Origin: Candidatus Falkowbacteria bacterium
Lineage (GTDB): Bacteria; Patescibacteriota; Patescibacteriia; Patescibacteriales; UBA12465
Assembly (NCBI GenBank): GCA_903937325.1
Contig: CAIZYV010000065.1
Coordinates: 1-43,243 of the forward strand
Length of the DNA stretch: 43,243 nt
Reading direction: 5' to 3'
Below the pieces are notes generated by a model that saw only the letters and a program-made list of their open reading frames with translations, searched no databases and had not been told where the DNA came from. Positions within the stretch are counted from its first letter, which is position 1, and the number at the start of each line of letters is the position of its first letter. This document shows, one piece after another, positions 35,901-43,243 of this stretch. Position numbers and translations under genes: made by a program.

Positions 35901-35951
35901 ATATTTTCAGTATAGTATATCTGTTGCTTTAATTAAATCTTGACAAAATAA

Positions 35952-36902
35952 CTAGAAACGTTTAATGCGAATTAGGCCGGAAAGCGTTATAATTTCCACT
36001 CCCTGTTTTTCGATTTCATCCAAAATTAAATTCATCCCCAAAGAATCGGAAGACATATGCCCAGCGATAATAACATTGATATGATATTTCTCCGCTTCCT
36101 TGCGATGCTCTTCGCCCATATGCATACCAATAACGGTACCAATTCCATATTGTGCCATCTTCTCATAAATATCTTTAGAACCACTGGTGCCACCGGTAAA
36201 TTCTGTTACCACCACCTTACCCAAGCTACGCTCGGGCGCACCGGCAAATATTTTCGGACCAGCCTTCAAAGCTTCAGCCGCCGCATATTCCGGAATCGTT
36301 TTCAAAAAATCCACTAACTCACCAACAGTCTCAAGCTTATCTCCTTCCTGGGCAAGAGCATTAATAATAAATTGCGCGGAAAGATTATCGGCTGGCGTAT
36401 GTAAACACATAAAATCGAGACCTAGCAAACGCGCTAAATCAACGGAACGCTGATGATTTATCGGACTAACACCACGAGTAACCTCAGAAATGCGTGGCTG
36501 AATAAGAGATTCGGCAATATTTATCGGCACACCATATTGCGCTAAAACTTGAGCCTGTAAATGCATAACGGTTGAGAGATCGGCTAACGCCTCTCCCTCG
36601 GGATGATGAGCAATGACTAAATCAATATCACCACGCTGTTTAGCGTATAAGAGTTCAGAGCCTTCAATATCAATGCCGGCGATTATTTTTTTAATCACTT
36701 TATCACCACTAGTACATAAGACACGAGAATCAGAATAAGGATTTTCTAAAGATTCATTATCAAAAGATTTTTTCTCTTTTTCGCTCATCTCCTCATATTT
36801 TTTCAAGCTTTTTGCCAAATGGCGACGAACGTAATCTTCACCTCGTAAATCCGCTTTAATTCCTTGAGCAATGGCTGATTGATATATTCCTTGTGTAGTC
36901 AT
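35952..36902 (-). CDS. NIF3/DUF34-like dinuclear metal-binding protein (divergent subfamily)
   Basis: AGID, IAHHPEG, HTPADN, GMH, AGHMSSDSLG. Confidence 0.8.
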   Translation of the reverse strand: MTTQGIYQSAIAQGIKADLRGEDYVRRHLAKSLKKYEEMSEKEKKSFDNESLENPYSDSRVLCTSGDKVIKKIIAGIDIEGSELLYAKQRGDIDLVIAHHPEGEALADLSTVMHLQAQVLAQYGVPINIAESLIQPRISEVTRGVSPINHQRSVDLARLLGLDFMCLHTPADNLSAQFIINALAQEGDKLETVGELVDFLKTIPEYAAAEALKAGPKIFAGAPERSLGKVVVTEFTGGTSGSKDIYEKMAQYGIGTVIGMHMGEEHRKEAEKYHINVIIAGHMSSDSLGMNLILDEIEKQGVEIITLSGLIRIKRF

Positions 36903-36919
36903 ATTTACAATTTAATTAA

Positions 36920-37981
36920 TTATTTAATTATTCTAATTTCTCCTGCATCCGCATCAACGGTTATTAAATCGCCGCTTTTTAATATTTTTGTAGCTACTTG
37001 TGTGCCAATGATGCAAGGCTTTTTTAATTCTCTAGCAGTAATTGCCGCATGTGATAGAATCCCACCGGCATCAGTCACAAAAGCTCCAGATTTTTTCATA
37101 AACGGTAGGTACTCCGGCCGTGTCATACCGGTAACCAAAATATCACCAGTAGAAAATTCACCCTGATAATGCAAAGGATCGTTTATAATTCTTGCCCGAC
37201 CACTAACTTTGCCAGGATAAGCAACCTGCCCTTTAATAACATCAGAAAAAGAATTAGGCGTAATAATATTTTCTATTTTTTCCGCCTCCTCACCGACAAA
37301 ATTCCAGTGATCACCTAAATTAAAAAATTGAGCCGCTAATATAAATCTATTTTGCAATAATTCTTTATTCGGCAAAGGACGATTTTGTAAATAAGCGCGA
37401 AGCTCATCTTTAGTTGTGCAAAGGATTAATTCCGGACTTAAAGCGGTAAATTCAGCAATTTGTTCGGCAATCTTAGTCATAAATATTTCCTGATCATGGA
37501 AAACCGGCTCAGCATATACACGTGCCTCCTCCAAAACTGCCAGATATTTGTCTAATTGCTCTGGGTCGAGATAATCAACAATATATTTAATATAAATATG
37601 AGAAAGATAATAAACAGTAATCTGCTCCCAAAAATTATCGTAAATAGCTAAATCAATCTTTTTAGCAGCATATTTTTTCATAAATCCTAAAGCATCATCG
37701 GCATCAGATTTAAGAGCATTCGCTAAAAATATCGGTTTGTTTTTATCTTTCTTTATCTCTCCTATTAAATATCCACAAAAAATATCACGATCAGCCCGGC
37801 TAACCCAGCAATCACTGGATAATTGTCGATGGATATAAACAACCCGAGGATAAGCCGGCTTTCCGCTTAAAGATGGTCTAATTGACCACATTTCTCCAAA
37901 TTGAGAACAGGAGTGAAAGCTCCACTTACCAGACCAGACTTTCAGCCAATCACGCCTATTTTTCAACTCTTGAATATCCAT
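36920..37981 (-). CDS. Protein with C-terminal PEP-utilising (phosphohistidine swivel) domain
   Basis: GDILVTGMTRP and TDAGGILSHAAITARELKKPCIIG; N-terminal about 245 aa not recognised. Confidence 0.85.
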   Translation of the reverse strand: MDIQELKNRRDWLKVWSGKWSFHSCSQFGEMWSIRPSLSGKPAYPRVVYIHRQLSSDCWVSRADRDIFCGYLIGEIKKDKNKPIFLANALKSDADDALGFMKKYAAKKIDLAIYDNFWEQITVYYLSHIYIKYIVDYLDPEQLDKYLAVLEEARVYAEPVFHDQEIFMTKIAEQIAEFTALSPELILCTTKDELRAYLQNRPLPNKELLQNRFILAAQFFNLGDHWNFVGEEAEKIENIITPNSFSDVIKGQVAYPGKVSGRARIINDPLHYQGEFSTGDILVTGMTRPEYLPFMKKSGAFVTDAGGILSHAAITARELKKPCIIGTQVATKILKSGDLITVDADAGEIRIIK

Positions 37982-37985
37982 ATGA

Positions 37986-38897
37986 TTATATTTGCCCTCT
38001 TAATTTCTTAATCCTTTCTGTAATAGGAGGATGAGTCATCATCATCTTCGCAAACCAAGATATTTTTTCATTCTCTTCTTTACCTTTAAACGGAGAAACA
38101 ATATACATATGCGCCGTTGCTCGATTCGCTGCCTCCAAGGGCTCGCGGTCACCACTTATTTTTTCTAAGGCTCGCGCTAGGCCTTCCGGATAACGAGTTA
38201 AAAGAGCAGCATCCGCATCGGCGGCAAATTCTCTTTTCCGCGAAACAGCCAGTCGCAGAAGCTGAGCGAAAAGTGGCGCTAAGATAGAAAAAACAATAGC
38301 TAAAATAAACATTATTGTTCCCAGCTGATTATTATCATTATTATTATGTTTGCGACCACCAAAAAATGACCAACGACGAAACCAATCAGCCAACAAAACA
38401 ACAATACCAACCAGCACAGTTGCAATCGTCGAAATTAAAATATCGCGATTACCAATATGTGATAATTCATGAGCAATTACGCCTTCTAACTCCACTTTTT
38501 CTAATTTTCCTAAAATACCAGAGGTAACAGCGATGGCGGCGTGATGAGGGTCTCGACCAGTGGCAAAAGCGTTAGGGGCACTGTCTTCAATAATATAAAT
38601 TTTTGGCAGAGGCAGACCGGCAGCAATACAAAGATTTTCTACTAAACGATAAAGTTCGCGGTTATTATTTTTATCTATTTCTTTAGCCTGCGACATTGCC
38701 AAAACGATCTTATCGCTAAACCAATAACTAATAAAACTCATCGAGATACTTATAAAAACCGCTATATAAACAATAGCGACATCATCCATCGCTAAAGAAA
38801 AAATATAACCGACCAACATTATAAAGATGAAAAACCCGGTCATTAAAAACCAGGTTTTTCTTTTATTGACGGCACTATATGAATATAAATTTGTCAT
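37986..38897 (-). CDS. htpX: Membrane zinc metalloprotease HtpX (M48)
   Basis: PNAFATGR, HELSH, SRKREFAAD, THPP. Confidence 0.94.
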   Translation of the reverse strand: MTNLYSYSAVNKRKTWFLMTGFFIFIMLVGYIFSLAMDDVAIVYIAVFISISMSFISYWFSDKIVLAMSQAKEIDKNNNRELYRLVENLCIAAGLPLPKIYIIEDSAPNAFATGRDPHHAAIAVTSGILGKLEKVELEGVIAHELSHIGNRDILISTIATVLVGIVVLLADWFRRWSFFGGRKHNNNDNNQLGTIMFILAIVFSILAPLFAQLLRLAVSRKREFAADADAALLTRYPEGLARALEKISGDREPLEAANRATAHMYIVSPFKGKEENEKISWFAKMMMTHPPITERIKKLRGQI

Positions 38898-38907
38898 ACT
38901 TAATCCC

Positions 38908-39666
38908 TTATTTATTCTCTTGGGTCATTTTTTTGGCAAAACCGTCAAAAGCTCTTAATACTTCAACCGGGGTCAAGAAAACAACGGTATTAGACTGATC
39001 GGAAGAAATATCATTTATCGCTTGTAAGGTGCGCAAGTGCAAGGCTCCTGGAGTTTCGGCTAAAACTTTAGCGGCCTGAGAAATATTAGCGGAAGCTGCT
39101 AATTCACCTTCAGAATTAATAATTACGGCCCGCTTCTCTCTTTCTGCTTCTGCTTGTTTAGCGATTGTTCTTTCCATTGATTCCGGTAAAGATACATCTT
39201 TTAATTCAACATTATTAACGTGAATGCCCCAGTCTCCGGTTTCTTTTTCGACTATTTCCCGGATACGATCAGCAATTTTATCGCGCTGAGCAAGTAATTC
39301 ATCTAAGGTAACTTCGCCAACGATGTTGCGCATAGTAGTTTGTGCGTATTGGGAGATGGCGTATTGATAGTTTTCAACTTCAATGATAACTTTTTCTGCC
39401 GCCACAACTTTATAATAAATCACCGCGTTAACGGTTACAGAGACGTTATCGCGAGTAATTGCTCTTTGATCAGGCACGTCAACTGCTTTAATACGTACAT
39501 CGACTTTGCGAAAAGATTGAAAAATAGGAATTAATATGCGCCAACCAGGTTGCATGACATAGGAATAACGGCCCATGGTAAAGACCACTCCCCGTTCATA
39601 CTGATTAACTTGCTTTAAAAAAGCGAGGATTAAAATAATGACAGCGACAATAATGTAAATCCACAT
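38908..39666 (-). CDS. SPFH/band-7 (stomatin/slipin) protein
   Basis: QYERGVVF, ITRDNVSV, AQTTMR, QAEAEREKRA, LRTLQ. Confidence 0.93.
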   Translation of the reverse strand: MWIYIIVAVIILILAFLKQVNQYERGVVFTMGRYSYVMQPGWRILIPIFQSFRKVDVRIKAVDVPDQRAITRDNVSVTVNAVIYYKVVAAEKVIIEVENYQYAISQYAQTTMRNIVGEVTLDELLAQRDKIADRIREIVEKETGDWGIHVNNVELKDVSLPESMERTIAKQAEAEREKRAVIINSEGELAASANISQAAKVLAETPGALHLRTLQAINDISSDQSNTVVFLTPVEVLRAFDGFAKKMTQENK

Positions 39667-39686
39667 ATATTTTTTATTAAATAATT

Positions 39687-40244
39687 TTAAAATTTAACGG
39701 CTACCACTTCTTTTTCCTCTTCAGCCGCCGCAAAGAAAGCATAATCTTTAAAACCAAGCATGCGCCCGAAAATATTAGTCGGAACACTCTGCAATTTAGT
39801 ATTGAAATCGCGAGCATTGGTATTATAGAAACGACGAGAAGCCATAATCTTATCTTCCGTATCAGTTAAATCGCGCTGCAATTCTAAAAAGTTTTGATTC
39901 GCTTTTAAATCGGGATAGTTTTCCGCTAAAGCAAAAATGGATTTTAAGGTTGAAGATAAAGTATTTTCCGCTTTTACAACAGCCGCCGGATCATGACTGG
40001 CCTGAGCGCTAACTGCGTTATTACGAGCCGCCACTACCTGGCTAAAAGTTTCCTGCTCATGCGCGGCATAACCTTTGACCGTTTCTATCAAATTAGGAAT
40101 TAAATCATGACGTCTCTTTAATTGGACATCTATATCGCTCCAAGCTTCATCCACTCTATTTTTAGAACTGATAAGACCATTGTACATAGCCACAAGAGCT
40201 AGGGCCAAAAGCACAATGACTCCGATAATAATCCAAGTAGTCAT
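39687..40244 (-). CDS. lemA: LemA family protein
   Basis: N-terminal TM, YNGL, AWSDIDVQLKRRHDLIPNL, ENYPDLKAN, RRFYN. Likely start ATG 40244. Confidence 0.95.
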   Translation of the reverse strand: MTTWIIIGVIVLLALALVAMYNGLISSKNRVDEAWSDIDVQLKRRHDLIPNLIETVKGYAAHEQETFSQVVAARNNAVSAQASHDPAAVVKAENTLSSTLKSIFALAENYPDLKANQNFLELQRDLTDTEDKIMASRRFYNTNARDFNTKLQSVPTNIFGRMLGFKDYAFFAAAEEEKEVVAVKF

Positions 40245-40307
40245 AAATATTGTAAGCGATCGAAAAATATCTTTTTCCATCGGCAAATTTAATGAATTAA
40301 CCCTATA

Positions 40308-40336
40308 ATTATAGCAGAAAAAAGGATTTTTGTCTA
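40308..40336 (-). promoter_or_regulatory. Promoter of the lemA-SPFH-htpX unit
   Basis: TAGACA, 17 nt spacer ending in TGc, TATAAT (extended -10). Confidence 0.7.
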
Positions 40337-40340
40337 AAAG

Positions 40341-43243
40341 CTAAGCGAGCACAATTTGCACGTTTAAATCACTACTTTCTAATTTAAGCTTCTTTTCGGC
40401 TAAAACCTGATCAGCTCGACCAAGCTGTAGCGAAAGAGCTAAAGTTGCTTTTTTTAATTCCGCTCCCGCCTCAATAAGCCAAGCCGACACCCCATCATCA
40501 ACTTCAATCCACACCGCAATTTTATCAGCTACAGTCAAGCCAGCTTCTTTGCGTAAAACATTAATCGTGCGAATCAATTCACGCTTGTTACCTTCAAGTT
40601 GTAATTCCGGCGTTATCACGGTATCTAAAACTAGACTCAACTTATCTTCTCCACCCTTCCACACAATCTGACTGACATTCAACTCAGCAGCAATAAGAAG
40701 TTGATAATCCATCGGCAATTCGCCGCCACCGGTAAATTCTGCCTGATGAAGCATTTGTCTAATCTTTATACCGGCTGTATCGCGAGCAGCTAAACCTTGC
40801 TCCACCGCTTGACGAGCCAGAGCCATCGCCGTTAATCCTGCTTCTTCGTCCTTATTTAAAACACCTAATTCCGGCCAAGTTTCCAAATGAACAGATTGAC
40901 CGCGTTGTTTCAAGCAATTTCCTGATACTTCTTGCCACAAGCGTTCAGCTATAAAAGGCAAAAAAGGAGCAATCAATTTAGCCAATGTCAAAAGGACAAA
41001 ACTAATCATTGCTAGCGCCGCCTGCTTATCATTTATATCATCACTCTTAAAGCGGTCGCGACTGCGCCGTAGATACCAGGTAGATAACTCATCAATAAAC
41101 TCAGTAATCGGCCGCATCGCTTTTGGTAGATTATAATTTTCCATCGCTGCTGTTACTTCAGTAGATAAAAATTTTAATTTCGCCAAAATCCAAGCATCTA
41201 AAATATTATTAGATGATACTTCCCGATTATCATAATCCGGAGCATAGGTCGCATAAAAACGAAAGACATTCCATAAAGTCATAACATTCTTACGTAATGC
41301 CTCCTGCACGCCATTTTCACTAAAATTAAGATTCTCCGCCTGCATAACCGGCGAAGATAATAAATAAGCGCGCAAAGCATCAGCACCGTATTTTTCCATC
41401 ACTAAAGAAGGATCGGGATAATTTTGTAGACGCTTAGACATCTTCTTGCCATCCTCAGCCAAAACAATGCCATTAACAATCACATTTTGAAAAGCATGGC
41501 CGGACATAATACCGCCGGCAATGACATGCAAATAATAGAACCAAGCACGAGTCTGATCAGCTCCCTCAGCAATAAATTGCGCCGGAAAATTATTTTCCAG
41601 TTTTTCTTTATTTTCAAAAGGGTAATGAAGTTGAGCGTAAGGCATTGATCCCGATTCAAACCAGCAATCAAGTACATCGCTTATACGTTTCATTTCACTA
41701 CCGCATTCCGCACAAGGAAAAACCAAGTGATCAACTTTATCCTTATGAATATCAGTCACTTTTTCGCCGCTTAGCTCTTCTAATTCTTTAACAGACGACA
41801 AGACGCGGTAATGACCAGACGGACATTCCCAAATCGGAATTGCACTAGCCCAAAAACGTTGGCGAGAAATAGACCAATCGCGCGCGCCCTCCAGCCAATT
41901 GCCAAAACGGCCATTTTTTATATAATCGGGCGACCAATTTATTTTCTTGGCAGTCTCTAGTAATTTATCTTTTATTTTTGTAACACCAACGAACCAGGAA
42001 GAGGTAGCATAATTTATCAAAGGAGTATCACAGCGCCAACAATGCGGATAGCTGTGCTCGTATTTTTCTTTATGAAAAAGTAAATTATGTCCGGCTAGAT
42101 ATTTAATAATTTCCACATCGGTCGCCATATGATCTTCAAGTGGCTTGACGTGCAGGCCCAGGAAATCCTTAACCTCGTCTTTAAATACACCATCTAGACC
42201 GACGTGTTGAATAAAAGGCAAAGATTCTTGTTTGCCTAAATTCATGTCATCTTCACCAAAAGCGGGAGCAATATGAACTACGCCGACGCCATCGGTCGTG
42301 GTGACAAAATCAGCCGCGTAAATTTTCCAACCATTATTATGATTTCCTAAATTAAGATCAGTAGCATAATAATCAAAAAGGGGCTTATATGATTTACCCA
42401 CCAAATCTTTACCCTTAAACTGGGCCACGATATCAACCGATTTTTCCTTAAAAATTTCTGATAAGCGTTCCTTCGCTACTATATATAATAAATTATCTGA
42501 TTTCACTTTTACATATTCAATATCCTTGCCCACGGCCAAAGCAACATTACCAATCAATGTCCAAGGAGTTGTCGTCCAAGCGAGAACATAAGTGCCCGGC
42601 TCATCAAGCAGCTCAAATTTAGCAATTACCGAAAGATCCTTAATATCTTTATAACCTTCCGTTACTTCCGACTGCGACAAAGTCGTTTCGCAGCGCGGAC
42701 AAATATGCATAGAACGATAATCTTTGTATATCAAGCCTTTATCCCACAATTTCTTAAAAACCCACCAAACCGATTCCATGAAATCAAGATCCATCGTCTT
42801 ATAAGCATTGTTAAAATCTGCCCAGCGTCCGAGGCGACCAATTACCCGCTCCCACTCATCAGCATAAGTCATCACCTTAGAGCGGCAAAGAGCATTAAAT
42901 TTATCAATACCTAAATCTTCTATTTCTTTTTTGCTCTTAGTGCCTAGCTCTTTTTCAACAATATTTTCAATCGGCAAACCATGACAGTCCCAGCCCCATT
43001 TACGAAAAACGCGATAACCACGCATTGTCTGATAGCGCGGCACAACATCCTTCATAATACTAGCGACAAGATGACCATAATGAGGGGTACCGGTGGCAAA
43101 GGGGGGGCCATCATAAAAAACATATTCTCCTTTTACTGCTTCCTTGGTTAAAGATTGATCAAAAATATGAGCATCTTGCCAAAACGTCAACACAGTTTCC
43201 TCTGCTTCCGGAAAACCAAGTTTATCTCCATCAATTCTAGGCT
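40341..43243 (-). CDS. ileS: Isoleucine--tRNA ligase, type 2; 5' end runs off the window
   Basis: DGPPFATGTPHYGH, GWDCHGLP, WTTTPWT, GKKMSKR, YPHCWRC. The frame stays open upstream of 43193 (..DKLGFPEAEETVLTFW) to the window edge. Confidence 0.97.
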   Translation of the reverse strand, partial: PRIDGDKLGFPEAEETVLTFWQDAHIFDQSLTKEAVKGEYVFYDGPPFATGTPHYGHLVASIMKDVVPRYQTMRGYRVFRKWGWDCHGLPIENIVEKELGTKSKKEIEDLGIDKFNALCRSKVMTYADEWERVIGRLGRWADFNNAYKTMDLDFMESVWWVFKKLWDKGLIYKDYRSMHICPRCETTLSQSEVTEGYKDIKDLSVIAKFELLDEPGTYVLAWTTTPWTLIGNVALAVGKDIEYVKVKSDNLLYIVAKERLSEIFKEKSVDIVAQFKGKDLVGKSYKPLFDYYATDLNLGNHNNGWKIYAADFVTTTDGVGVVHIAPAFGEDDMNLGKQESLPFIQHVGLDGVFKDEVKDFLGLHVKPLEDHMATDVEIIKYLAGHNLLFHKEKYEHSYPHCWRCDTPLINYATSSWFVGVTKIKDKLLETAKKINWSPDYIKNGRFGNWLEGARDWSISRQRFWASAIPIWECPSGHYRVLSSVKELEELSGEKVTDIHKDKVDHLVFPCAECGSEMKRISDVLDCWFESGSMPYAQLHYPFENKEKLENNFPAQFIAEGADQTRAWFYYLHVIAGGIMSGHAFQNVIVNGIVLAEDGKKMSKRLQNYPDPSLVMEKYGADALRAYLLSSPVMQAENLNFSENGVQEALRKNVMTLWNVFRFYATYAPDYDNREVSSNNILDAWILAKLKFLSTEVTAAMENYNLPKAMRPITEFIDELSTWYLRRSRDRFKSDDINDKQAALAMISFVLLTLAKLIAPFLPFIAERLWQEVSGNCLKQRGQSVHLETWPELGVLNKDEEAGLTAMALARQAVEQGLAARDTAGIKIRQMLHQAEFTGGGELPMDYQLLIAAELNVSQIVWKGGEDKLSLVLDTVITPELQLEGNKRELIRTINVLRKEAGLTVADKIAVWIEVDDGVSAWLIEAGAELKKATLALSLQLGRADQVLAEKKLKLESSDLNVQIVLA

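Noticed and set aside
35908..35923. Possible LexA box upstream of ruvA (CAGTATAGTATATCTG)
   Set aside because: Imperfect dyad in the reverse arrangement to CTGT-N8-ACAG; largely explained by the -10 box.
35940..35968. Plus-strand TTGACA pointing antisense into the NIF3-like gene
   Set aside because: No good -10 at 16-18 nt spacing.
1384..42914. Numerous 60-95 aa ORFs nested in or antisense to recognised genes (e.g. 2521, 7606, 16042, 35431, 36057, 36879)
   Set aside because: They overlap well-supported housekeeping genes and have no recognisable motifs.
1..43243. Alternative genetic code (UGA=Gly as in Gracilibacteria/Absconditabacteria)
   Set aside because: RF2 is present, genes are full length under code 11, and mraY and murG end in TGA at the expected positions.
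1..43243. Prophage, IS element, integron or recognisable defence island
   Set aside because: No integrase, transposase, phage structural or known defence genes were recognised.

Overview
A 43 kb, almost entirely minus-strand core-genome segment. Gene content and style point to a Patescibacteria/CPR (Parcubacteria-like) bacterium; this is an inference from the type-2 IleRS, archaeal/eukaryote-type ProRS, short AlaRS, extended ribosomal proteins and near absence of Shine-Dalgarno sites. It uses standard code 11 (TGA stops, RF2 present). In coordinate order it holds: partial comEC; prfB; an alpha-type r-protein operon (transcribed infA-rpmJ-rpsM-rpsK-rpsD-rpoA-rplQ-rplM-rpsI); alaS; murB; an ABC exporter; two orphan ORFs; murC/murG/ftsW/mraY; a divergent operon of a degenerate PilB/GspE homologue, a GT2, a DUF2304-like protein and two GT4s; a UXS-like SDR; an S8 protease with FG-GAP-like repeats; a GT4; a second mreB; a lone receiver protein; rfbB, HIT, rfbC-like and PfkB genes; mreBCD; proS; ruvA; NIF3-like and PEP-utiliser-domain genes; htpX, SPFH and lemA; and partial ileS. 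No rRNA, tRNA, CRISPR array, transposase or phage gene was seen. Best leads: (i) a PilB-like pseudo-ATPase translationally coupled to glycosyltransferases; (ii) RpoA without its C-terminal domain, preceded by a GC-rich structured RNA candidate; (iii) a terminator-like hairpin built over the comEC start codon, plus repeated leaderless-type promoters; (iv) a self-contained orphan two-gene unit.
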